Positions 52,213 to 60,084 of a stretch of 64,000 nt of DNA are shown here, one piece after another (position 1 is the stretch's first letter; the number at the start of each line of letters is the position of its first letter). Below the pieces are notes generated by a model that was not told where the DNA came from, did no database searches, and saw only the letters and a list, made by a program, of their open reading frames with translations. Origin of the DNA: a virus; the IMG/VR virus record IMGVR_UViG_3300048691_000182, positions 32,280-96,279 of that record, one strand, 5' to 3'. The translations under genes were made by a program, and so were the position numbers.

Positions 52213-52743
52213 ATGTCTAAAGATATGCACGAGCAAGGAGAAGCACATTTTGCAAACCTTGTTACAAACATAGAAAAAACAAAATTACCAGAAGCTGTGT
52301 TTAAGAGTGTGTTTCTTCCTGTTTTTGCAGGTAAACATAAGTCTACAGATACTGGTGATATTCTTAGAAATTGGGTAGGTATTGCTGGTGCCCCTGGTAA
52401 GGAAGTTGAGATTATTGATCCTAAAGGCAATACTGTATTCACTGTACCACCAGTATTTAATTCTGATTTCATTGATGCTAGTAACAGACAAAACTCAAGA
52501 CAAATGTCAGTCATCATGAGTACTTATGATTTGCATAGAAATGCTCTACCTATCCTTGGTCAAAATTTTCTTCATAACACTTTACCAAATAAAATAGATT
52601 CTATTACACAGGCCTCCCCTAGTAATGAAACTAATGGAAAAAGATGGCAGGAAATCTTTGATAGATACTTTCCATCGTCGACGCCTATTAAAGAACAAGT
52701 ACAACCTTCCAGTAACGTTACTGACGACGATTTTACCTTCTAA
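52213..52743 (+). CDS. Conserved hypothetical protein
   Basis: 176 aa; FLPVF, WVGIAG and VFTVPP. Confidence 0.65.
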   Translation: MSKDMHEQGEAHFANLVTNIEKTKLPEAVFKSVFLPVFAGKHKSTDTGDILRNWVGIAGAPGKEVEIIDPKGNTVFTVPPVFNSDFIDASNRQNSRQMSVIMSTYDLHRNALPILGQNFLHNTLPNKIDSITQASPSNETNGKRWQEIFDRYFPSSTPIKEQVQPSSNVTDDDFTF

Positions 52744-53864
52744 TGAATAATTTAAAAATAGCCGTAATCTCTGATATCCACTTAGCTGCTAAAAATAATC
52801 CTACTAAAAATATTATCAATAATCTCTGTAATGCTTTGCCTGATAACGAAGAAACAGCTGAGTTGGATATTGTATTCTTAGCTGGCGATGTTTTTGATAG
52901 GTTAGTTAATTTACCAGAAGATGAAGTTTTTGAAATAGATATGTTTATATGCTATCTACTTCAGCTTTGTAAAAAACACAATATCAAGTTAAGGGTATTA
53001 GATGGAACGAAAAGTCATGACTGGTTCCAATCAGCTAGATTCGTAGAACTCAATAACATCGTAAAATATAAGACAGACGTTGTTTATGTAAGAGATTTGT
53101 CTATTGAGTACATTGAAGAGTATGGAATTAATATTCTTTATGTGCCAGACGAATGGTCTACAAGTACCCAGGATACTTTAGACCAGGTAAGAACTTTGCT
53201 CAGTGTCAAAGGTTTAGATAAAGTTGATTTTGCTATTATGCACGGTCAGTTTGATTACCAAATGCCTTTATTAGCTAAAAAGATACCTGTGCACGATTCA
53301 AAAGCTTATTTAGATATAGTTAGAGAATATATCTTTATAGGACATGTGCATACACATACTTTCTTTGATAGAATTGTGGCCCAGGGTTCTTTTGATAGAT
53401 TAAGTCACGGAGAAGAAGAACCTAAAGGCCATGTCAGAGCTGAGATTAACTTAGATACTTCAGAGAAACAATGGTTCTTTATCGAGAACAAAGGTGCTAA
53501 GATTTATAAAACAATTAAGTGTAGCGATAGACTTAATTTAGAGAGCTCTTTAAATAAGATAAAAACCCAAATTAAAAACGTTCCTGACTATAGTGCTATT
53601 CGCGTTTATGCTAATAAAGGTCATCCTATTTTAGAAAATAAACACGAGCTTACTAAAATAGCTCCATTGATGGTCTGGACAGTATTTGGTAAAGAGGAGC
53701 AAACAAAAGAGCAAAAGTTTGCAGAAGAAGATAAAGCAATAGAATCAGGAATTACAATTACTTCTGAAAATATCCATGATCTTTTAATGGGTAAAATAGA
53801 AGCAATTGAAGTTAATGATTTAATTTATAATAAATGCAGTGAGCTTTTAAAAGAAATAATTTAA
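52743..53864 (+). CDS. SbcD/Mre11-like metallophosphoesterase nuclease
   Basis: SDIHL, AGDVFD, GTKSHD, MHG and GHVH motifs. Confidence 0.88.
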   Translation: MNNLKIAVISDIHLAAKNNPTKNIINNLCNALPDNEETAELDIVFLAGDVFDRLVNLPEDEVFEIDMFICYLLQLCKKHNIKLRVLDGTKSHDWFQSARFVELNNIVKYKTDVVYVRDLSIEYIEEYGINILYVPDEWSTSTQDTLDQVRTLLSVKGLDKVDFAIMHGQFDYQMPLLAKKIPVHDSKAYLDIVREYIFIGHVHTHTFFDRIVAQGSFDRLSHGEEEPKGHVRAEINLDTSEKQWFFIENKGAKIYKTIKCSDRLNLESSLNKIKTQIKNVPDYSAIRVYANKGHPILENKHELTKIAPLMVWTVFGKEEQTKEQKFAEEDKAIESGITITSENIHDLLMGKIEAIEVNDLIYNKCSELLKEII

Positions 53865-53920
53865 TATTTGTATTACTTAAGAAACCTTAAAAAGTTTCTT
53901 AAGTAATACTAAGGAGTTTT

Positions 53921-54814
53921 ATGTCGTTAAGTAGAGAATTAATTTTAGGCAGAGCAATATCTGCTTTTGCTGTATCCGTTGGAACAAGTCTTGCTCTTGA
54001 ATCAATTTTCATGTCAGACCAACCAAGCATAGATCCTGACAGAACACCACCTCAAAAAGTTAATATAGGAAACTATGATGAGTTCTGGATTAATATAGCT
54101 ACTTTATTTAGAAACTTAATTGGTTCGTTACCTAAAGAAGGAGCTAATTCAGTTTCATCGCCTGATATTAAGGAAGCCCTGATTAATGAAATGGCTTACA
54201 TAGCTGATCTAGTATCACATTACTCAGAGAGAAAAACAAACACTATTTTTTATGTTTGCGAGTATAAAAAAATAGAGGCCATGGAAAGTAAATTCATCAT
54301 GGTGAGGAAAGACAATACGGTTAATCAGAAGAATTATAGAGCGCTGCTGAACAAAACTTTACAAGATATTTTAAATAGCGTAGGCAAAGACGACAATGTT
54401 CGCTTATTCGATTCTGATATTAATGTTTCCCCTAAAGGAAAACCTGGTATTTCTTCTAAAAAATGCAGAGCTATTATTCTAACACACAATGCTTTTGATT
54501 TAACTAGCCAGCACAGATTTGCTAATCTTGATTTAATAGAATCTCACAGTGGTGTTTTAAAGAAACGAGCTATGTTTTATACTAAATACTTAAACGGCAA
54601 TGATTTACCTATGATACCGTTTATGCGTAGCTTACTACCCGTGTTTGGCGATAGAGAAAATTTCTCACCAATAGCCATTAGTATTAGAAAAGCTTTATTA
54701 GATCTAGCAGTAAAAAATAGATGGAGTCAACTCACCACTATTGCTAAAATCAAGGATAATTTAAACCAGCTTCCTAATAAGTTTATGGTCGATACTATTA
54801 ACTCAATAATTTAA
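53921..54814 (+). CDS. Conserved jumbo-phage core protein
   Basis: 297 aa, AAGGAG RBS; follows SbcD as in phiKZ-like phages. Confidence 0.65.
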   Translation: MSLSRELILGRAISAFAVSVGTSLALESIFMSDQPSIDPDRTPPQKVNIGNYDEFWINIATLFRNLIGSLPKEGANSVSSPDIKEALINEMAYIADLVSHYSERKTNTIFYVCEYKKIEAMESKFIMVRKDNTVNQKNYRALLNKTLQDILNSVGKDDNVRLFDSDINVSPKGKPGISSKKCRAIILTHNAFDLTSQHRFANLDLIESHSGVLKKRAMFYTKYLNGNDLPMIPFMRSLLPVFGDRENFSPIAISIRKALLDLAVKNRWSQLTTIAKIKDNLNQLPNKFMVDTINSII

Positions 54815-54823
54815 GGAATTAAA

Positions 54824-55018
54824 ATGCGTTGGTTGTTTGAAAACCCAGTTGTTTCTAACTTAAAGAAACAAATAACTGCTTTGAAAAAAGAAAACGAGTT
54901 ACTAATTAAGAAAAATGAAATATTACAAAAAGATATTTTGATCTTACAAACTCTTTCTCCTTCGCCTGAAGCTAAACAATTTATTCCTAGTAAATACATG
55001 GTAAACAAATATGAGTAA
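54824..55018 (+). CDS. Hypothetical coiled-coil protein
   Basis: 64 aa with RBS. Confidence 0.55.
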   Translation: MRWLFENPVVSNLKKQITALKKENELLIKKNEILQKDILILQTLSPSPEAKQFIPSKYMVNKYE

Positions 55019-55280
55019 AAAGAAAAGAAATAAAAATAGAGCCACTAATACAACCTTAAAGAATAAAGTTCGTTCTTTAAAAGAAGCTAAGAGTGTTTGC
55101 CCTAATTGTTCTATGGTTGGTGAGTATCATTGGGTAAGTATGCCTACAAGCCTAGAAAGCTTTATTAATAAAGTTAGTAATGGTTTTTGGATTTGCCCAA
55201 AAATGTACGGGCCTGACGGTAAGCGTACTGATACAATAACAGACAACCCAATGTCTTTTATGGGAAGAAGATTGATATGA
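55011..55280 (+). CDS. Hypothetical protein with possible Zn finger
   Basis: CPNC..H..C pattern. Confidence 0.55.
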   Translation: MSKKKRNKNRATNTTLKNKVRSLKEAKSVCPNCSMVGEYHWVSMPTSLESFINKVSNGFWICPKMYGPDGKRTDTITDNPMSFMGRRLI

Positions 55281-55582
55281 AACAACAAGTAATTGCTTTA
55301 AAGAAAACTAATGATAACTGGATGCCTAGCTATTACTTATCAAATAACAAAGATGTCCAATATGTTAAAATAGAGTTAAAAGATATTACGCCGCCCGGCT
55401 CCAAGAATTTTTATAAAGTAAGTGCTAAGGGTGCCGATAATTATACCTACTCTATTGTTTTTACTGAGCACAGTGAGGCCAGTAAAATGTTCTTATTTTT
55501 AATGCTTAAAGATTTTATAGATATAGCTGATCTTATTGAGTTAGGATTTGAAAATGTTTGGGGTAATCTCAATGGCAAATAA
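55277..55582 (+). CDS. Hypothetical protein
   Basis: 101 aa, ATGA overlap. Confidence 0.6.
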   Translation: MKQQVIALKKTNDNWMPSYYLSNNKDVQYVKIELKDITPPGSKNFYKVSAKGADNYTYSIVFTEHSEASKMFLFLMLKDFIDIADLIELGFENVWGNLNGK

Positions 55583-55838
55583 ATTAACCTCAGTGGCAAT
55601 TAAGTTCGACGCTCGCATATGGTCACTACCTCCACCAGCACGACACCACGACGTTATTAGGTGGATTGCTGAATCAAATGGAGAAGGAATCAATGGACCC
55701 GATGAACAAGGTTTTATGACAAACGACTGTGAGTTTGTAGATAGAAAAGAAGCTTTAATAATTGCTTTAAAAGCAAACCAAGTACTCGACATTAATAACG
55801 TCAGAGCAAATCAATTGTTTTCTGAAGATCTTTGGTAA
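55572..55838 (+). CDS. Conserved phage hypothetical protein
   Basis: RHHD, QGF and LFSEDLW motifs; start ATG 55572. Confidence 0.65.
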   Translation: MANKLTSVAIKFDARIWSLPPPARHHDVIRWIAESNGEGINGPDEQGFMTNDCEFVDRKEALIIALKANQVLDINNVRANQLFSEDLW

Positions 55839-55848
55839 AAAAAAAGTC

Positions 55849-56304
55849 ATGCCTCTTAAATTTGTAACGGGTAATCTATTTGAGTCTGACTGTGACGCTT
55901 TGGTCAATACTGTAAATACCGTCGGCGTAATGGGTGCTGGTATTGCATTACAGTTTAAAAACTTATTTCCTGAAAATTATATTCTTTATAAAAATGCTTG
56001 TAAAGATGGTATTGTGGTTACAGGAAAAATGTTTACAACTGTGGCAAACTTTAAAGGTAGGAAAATACTAATAGTTAATTTCCCCACTAAAGAACACTGG
56101 AGAAATCCTTCTAAATTAAACTATATTGAAGAGGGACTTATTAGTTTAGCTAATGGTTTAAGAATGAGTGGCATAAATTCAATCGCTATACCAGCTCTTG
56201 GTTGTAGTAACGGTGCCCTTAATTGGCTGAATGTCAAAGAGTTGATTGTAAGCCATTTGGGAACTATAGATAAAGAAATTTTAATATACGAACCACTACT
56301 GTAA
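55849..56304 (+). CDS. Macrodomain ADP-ribosyl hydrolase, DarG-like
   Basis: GNLF, ALVNTVNTVGVMGAGIALQFK, NFPTKEHWR and IAIPALGCSNG. Confidence 0.88.
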   Translation: MPLKFVTGNLFESDCDALVNTVNTVGVMGAGIALQFKNLFPENYILYKNACKDGIVVTGKMFTTVANFKGRKILIVNFPTKEHWRNPSKLNYIEEGLISLANGLRMSGINSIAIPALGCSNGALNWLNVKELIVSHLGTIDKEILIYEPLL

Positions 56305-56346
56305 TTATTTACATACAGTAGTTATAATTTGTAGAAGTAAATAAAC

Positions 56347-56423
56347 GTGCCGTTAGCTCAGCGGTTAGTAGCAGCGGCCTCATAAGCCGTTGGTCGTCAG
56401 TTCAAATCTGACACGGCACACCA
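56347..56423 (+). tRNA. tRNA with CAU anticodon, probably tRNA-Ile2 (lysidine), otherwise Met
   Basis: Cloverleaf GTGCCGT/ACGGCAC, anticodon loop CTCATAA, encoded CCA; C4-G69 and C5-G68 as in TilS substrates. Confidence 0.85.
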
Positions 56424-56493
56424 TATTCTTTATTAAGCCGTAAGGTGTGAGATCATGACTCACTCGTCCCACCATTTATAAAACAACAAACAA

Positions 56494-56709
56494 ATGTCCA
56501 TAGCTCACACAGCCACAGAGTTTTGCACAGGTACAGGATGCATGGAAAAATGCAGAACTTGTCATCATGTTGCAGTTTGGGATGAATTAAACGAGCTACC
56601 AGATGTAGAAAGAAAACTACACCAGTCTGGTATGAAGTCACTTAACACATCTCGCTGCCAGATTACTAGTGGATGTTTTTATAAACCCAAAAATATAAAA
56701 CAAAAATGA
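56494..56709 (+). CDS. Small Cys-rich hypothetical protein
   Basis: 71 aa with six Cys. Confidence 0.5.
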   Translation: MSIAHTATEFCTGTGCMEKCRTCHHVAVWDELNELPDVERKLHQSGMKSLNTSRCQITSGCFYKPKNIKQK

Positions 56710-57086
56710 TTATTGAAGATTTCATACACCACAAAGAAAATACTCTTACTGACTCAATGTGCACACAAGCTGTTCTAACAGATTTTGTTAGTAAATTGTA
56801 TTTTTACATGAAGTTCTTAGAGAATTCTAATCGTGTAGCAGAAGCAGACCTTATTAGAAATATAAGAGGTATGATAGTTGAATGTCGTTCAATTACACAT
56901 ATTACAAATGAAGATATTCTAAAAACACTGCAAACTGTTAATGTTTATCTGAATATTCAAATAACTGTTCTCAGTGGCGCAAAAGAACGTCAATGGGAAG
57001 CAGAACTCTTTGACACATATATTCAGGATTTAGCTACTGCTATTAATTATTTTGGTAGAAAAGAAATTATTTCACTATTAACTTAA
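56706..57086 (+). CDS. Hypothetical protein
   Basis: 126 aa, ATGA-type overlap. Confidence 0.6.
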   Translation: MIIEDFIHHKENTLTDSMCTQAVLTDFVSKLYFYMKFLENSNRVAEADLIRNIRGMIVECRSITHITNEDILKTLQTVNVYLNIQITVLSGAKERQWEAELFDTYIQDLATAINYFGRKEIISLLT

Positions 57087-57159
57087 TGAATAAATAAAAA
57101 TGAAAATCACACAAGAAGGAATTATACCTTACTATTAGTTTAAACTAATAGTAAGGTAT

Positions 57160-57435
57160 ATGTCGTATACAAAAATATCAAACGTTTATTGTAAAGCAGT
57201 TAAAAATGGAATTATAGACCAGCGATCTATACCTTATTCCAAAAAGAAACAATTAGATTATAATTGGTTTTGTGTAAGACTAAATTATAAAACTGGTTAT
57301 TTCTTTATCTGTGGAAAATATAAAACTGAACTAGAGGCTCGTAAACAAATGGATAAAGTACTTCGATATAGTCCAATGTTTATTATTGAGAAAACAATAT
57401 TTGAGTCTTGTTACAGCTTTAAGGATTTAAAATGA
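57160..57435 (+). CDS. Hypothetical protein
   Basis: 91 aa with RBS. Confidence 0.55.
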   Translation: MSYTKISNVYCKAVKNGIIDQRSIPYSKKKQLDYNWFCVRLNYKTGYFFICGKYKTELEARKQMDKVLRYSPMFIIEKTIFESCYSFKDLK

Positions 57436-57746
57436 ATAATTATTTAAGCGAGAGTGGTCGTTGTCTTTTTAAGAATTCTACTGGTTTAAAAACTATTGAA
57501 AACGGTAAAGTCATTTCTTCTGAACCAGAAGTTGTTTTCTTATTAAGAAAAACATTTTTACTAGGACTAGTAAAAATAAATGTGATTACGGAAGATAGAA
57601 AGCCTGGACCTGGGTCAAATTACCAATACAAGACTCTTCTTAATATTTATGTGTGTGGAATAAGATATTCATTTATTTTCAGGACTATGTGCGAGCCATT
57701 AGTATTTAAAAATGGAAAAGAAATAGTCAAAGAAAATATTAATTAA
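57432..57746 (+). CDS. Hypothetical protein
   Basis: 104 aa; shares FL.RKTFLLG / FKKSFFLG segment with 58606-58899. Confidence 0.55.
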   Translation: MNNYLSESGRCLFKNSTGLKTIENGKVISSEPEVVFLLRKTFLLGLVKINVITEDRKPGPGSNYQYKTLLNIYVCGIRYSFIFRTMCEPLVFKNGKEIVKENIN

Positions 57747-57750
57747 AGGT

Positions 57751-57987
57751 TTCATTGTAAATAGGTGGTAGGCTTAGAAGCAGCCATCCAATAATGAGTA
57801 GGCACGTTACAACTATCCGTTAAAGGATTGTGAGCTGTTTCTTCTGTGCTGTGGACATAGGTGCCCGAGTTAACCCTGAGCTAAAGGGTAGGATGATTTA
57901 GGTTTTTAGTGGTGGACTGTAAACCCATATTTCAGGTACTTAGCATCTGATTTCTTTTAGCGTAATAGCACGCCTTTTTACAATGGA
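57751..57987 (+). ncRNA. ncRNA mimicking the 23S rRNA uL11-binding domain (H43-H44) with a 160-nt insertion
   Basis: AGGTGGTAGGCTTAGAAGCAGCCATCCAATAATGAGT (57763-57799) plus GCGTAATAGCAC (57960-57971) align to E. coli 23S nt 1054-1102; enclosed by a long terminal stem. Confidence 0.8.
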
Positions 57988-58156
57988 TTCATTTATGTTA
58001 AAACATATTTTTGGTATAGTAAATATTCAAGATTCTATTTCTGTATCTACCCTTCCTACTAAGGAACAAATACAAAAGAAAGAAGTAGAAAAATATTCAA
58101 AATATTCAAAATAATAAAATTAGAGATATTGTTTTTAAACTATATAAAAAATCAAA

Positions 58157-58519
58157 ATGACAACAGAAAAGAAAATGACCGCACCACCACCTTGTTATGC
58201 AGTAATGTATCCGGGGTTGGTAGAGGTTGCTAGACGACATGGCTATGCGCTTGCGGTGCATGGTTCTATGACCAGGGACTTTGATTTAATTGCAGTGCCT
58301 TGGGTAGAAGATGCGGGTGACCCTATGCCAATGATTGATGAAATGAAACACGTCTGTATTGGTGTTTATACGCATCACGAAATGGACCATGTAGTTAAAG
58401 ATGGCTTTCGTAGCTCTAAACCACATGGTAGATTTGCATACTCTATTCATTTAACTGAGAAAGGTTGTGATGGACCTTACTTAGATATTAGTGTGATGCC
58501 TCGTTTACCTAAGGAATAA
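58157..58519 (+). CDS. Conserved phage protein, possible minimal nucleotidyltransferase fold
   Basis: GYALAVHGSMTRDFDLIAVPW (GS..D.D pattern) and distal LDISVMP. Confidence 0.55.
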   Translation: MTTEKKMTAPPPCYAVMYPGLVEVARRHGYALAVHGSMTRDFDLIAVPWVEDAGDPMPMIDEMKHVCIGVYTHHEMDHVVKDGFRSSKPHGRFAYSIHLTEKGCDGPYLDISVMPRLPKE

Positions 58520-58605
58520 AATACCTCCTCCTTTACCGACGCTTAATGTTGATATAAAAGAATTAACACCTGAAGAGATGAATAAACTCTATATTCGTCA
58601 GACAC

Positions 58606-58899
58606 GTGATTACTACAAAGAAAATGACAAACTTAACTGTGACACTGGAAGTAACTAACCAAAGAGAAAGAGTCTCATTAGTTTTTAAGAAATCTTTCTT
58701 TTTAGGTATTTTATCCATTACTACAGATGTTTATAAATTCAGTAAAGAGAATGAACCTTTGGAGTATATCGTAGGAATATTTGTTCGATTATTTGGTAAA
58801 AAAATATTTTGCAGTACTTCTTATACCAAAGAAGTTCCAATCTTCTACTTTGATGATGTAAAACACAAAATCAATGAAGTTTATATAAAAGGTTTATAA
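58606..58899 (+). CDS. Hypothetical protein
   Basis: 97 aa; paralogous-looking to 57432-57746. Confidence 0.5.
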   Translation: MITTKKMTNLTVTLEVTNQRERVSLVFKKSFFLGILSITTDVYKFSKENEPLEYIVGIFVRLFGKKIFCSTSYTKEVPIFYFDDVKHKINEVYIKGL

Positions 58900-58904
58900 G
58901 TTAG

Positions 58905-59214
58905 ATGACTACTTATCAAAGAGACCAACAATTCCAACAACAGTTAGATTCTAAAAAACCTAGCTGGGATTGTACCAACAGACGCTATCTCAAATACACA
59001 CCCACAAGAATACCTCCCAAACTTTAACCTGGTATGGTGCCCAGGTAAGAAGCATTACCGTGTATATATTCTCGTAGGTGCTACAACGTACGAGAAAACC
59101 AATGCAGGCTATTGCATTTGTATTATCAGTACAGGTCTGGTTGCTACAGGTTTTTGCATGCTCTACAGCTTCTTGCATAAACATCGTTCTAACAACAAGA
59201 ACGACGCAGTGTAA
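58905..59214 (+). pseudogene. Frameshifted ORF (A6 tract at 58953-58958)
   Basis: ATG 58905 frame stops after 40 aa; the +1 frame reads on to TAA at 59214 with no start codon of its own. Confidence 0.4.
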
Positions 59215-59256
59215 AAAATAACTGCAACGCCTTAATATATAGACAAAGAATAGTAA

Positions 59257-59332
59257 TCCTCGATAACTCAGTTGGTAGAGTACTTGACTGTTAATCAAGG
59301 TGTCCCTGGTTCGAGACCAGGTCGAGGAGCCA
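59257..59332 (+). tRNA. trnN: tRNA-Asn(GUU)
   Basis: TCCTCGA/TCGAGGA acceptor stem, anticodon loop CTGTTAA, encoded CCA. Confidence 0.95.
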
Positions 59333-59339
59333 AATAAAT

Positions 59340-59415
59340 CTCTCCATAGTTAAACTGGATATAACAGCAACCTTCTAAGTTGCGATTACATGTTCAAGTC
59401 ATGTTGGAGGGGCCA
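59340..59415 (+). tRNA. trnR: tRNA-Arg(UCU)
   Basis: CTCTCCA/TGGAGGG acceptor stem, GCAAC-CTTCTAA-GTTGC anticodon arm, CCA. Confidence 0.92.
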
Positions 59416-59419
59416 GTGT

Positions 59420-59507
59420 GGAAGTGTGGCAGAGTGGTCTAATGCACCGGTCTTGAAAACCGGCGATGGGAAACTATCCGTGAGTTCGAATCTCACCACT
59501 TCCGCCA
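59420..59507 (+). tRNA. trnS: tRNA-Ser(UGA)
   Basis: GGAAGTG/CACTTCC acceptor stem, loop CTTGAAA, long variable arm, GCCA end. Confidence 0.95.
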
Positions 59508-59544
59508 ATTAGATAATAAATTTATTTTGTGAGTAGGTTTAGGT

Positions 59545-59848
59545 GGCCCTGTGATGGAATAGGTAGACATAAATTAGTTGTGTCCTATAGTAGAAATATT
59601 GTAGAAAAATGGTGTAAATTCAGGGAAAGCTTAACATGTAATGATGATGCCAATCCTGAGCGAAACTTTCGCAGTAATGTGAGATGACGTGCAGAGACTA
59701 TAATCACCTATCTTAACAAGTAAAGCTGAAGATAAAGGGATAGTCCACGTAACAACAGTAATAATACTGATAGTGAAAACTATAGTTATTTGAACAGACT
59801 TAAAATCTGTCGCCGAAAGGCATCCCGATTCGAGTTCGGGCAGGGCCA
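59545..59848 (+). tRNA. trnL: tRNA-Leu(UAA) split by a group I intron (exons 59545-59570 and 59793-59848)
   Basis: Spliced exons fold as GGCCCTG/CAGGGCC, Leu-type D arm, ACAGA-CTTAAAA-TCTGT, long variable arm, CCCGA-TTCGAGT-TCGGG and discriminator A. Confidence 0.9.
59571..59792 (+). mobile_element. Group I intron (222 nt, IC3/trnL-like core) at tRNA position 25/26
   Basis: P aaattcagggaa, Q aatcctgagc, R gtgcagagactat, S agggatagtcc; IGS GTTGTGTC pairs with GACAT|AAC with a U-G pair at the 5' splice site; terminal G. Confidence 0.9.
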
Positions 59849-59902
59849 CCTAAACCTATTTAAATATAAATTTATTATTGAAAGAACACTAAGAGATAAA
59901 GT

Positions 59903-60084
59903 AGATGAATGGCGGAATTGGTATACGCGTGGCCAGGACTTCGGTCTGAAGCTGCTAGACTGTGAACACCTAAAGCGGGATATGTGACTTCGAAGAAGAG
60001 CTATCGACACAGTCGGCCTATCATTGGGTCCGGTCTTAGACCAAGTGTGAAGGTTCGAATCCTTCTTCAGAAATCAATGATCTA
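59903..60084 (+). ncRNA. tRNA-like RNA with an expanded structured domain in place of the anticodon loop
   Basis: D arm TGGCGGAATTGGTATACGCG (59910-59929) and T arm GAAGGTTCGAATCCTTC (60049-60065) are 119 nt apart; bracketed by a 22-bp inverted repeat (59883-59904 / 60086-60107). Confidence 0.6.

Noticed and set aside
57800-57959. The insert in the rRNA mimic as a group I intron
   Set aside because: No P/Q/R/S core is visible, and using G57960 as the terminal G would delete the G1091 equivalent.
57763-57971. A true rRNA gene or host rRNA contamination
   Set aside because: Only H43-H44 match, the match is split by a 160-nt non-rRNA insert, and the flanks are phage ORFs with no other 23S sequence.
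59631-60010. ORFs 59631-59849, 59786-60010 and 59790-59987
   Set aside because: They overlap the tRNA-Leu intron/exon and the tRNA-like RNA, and are likely spurious.
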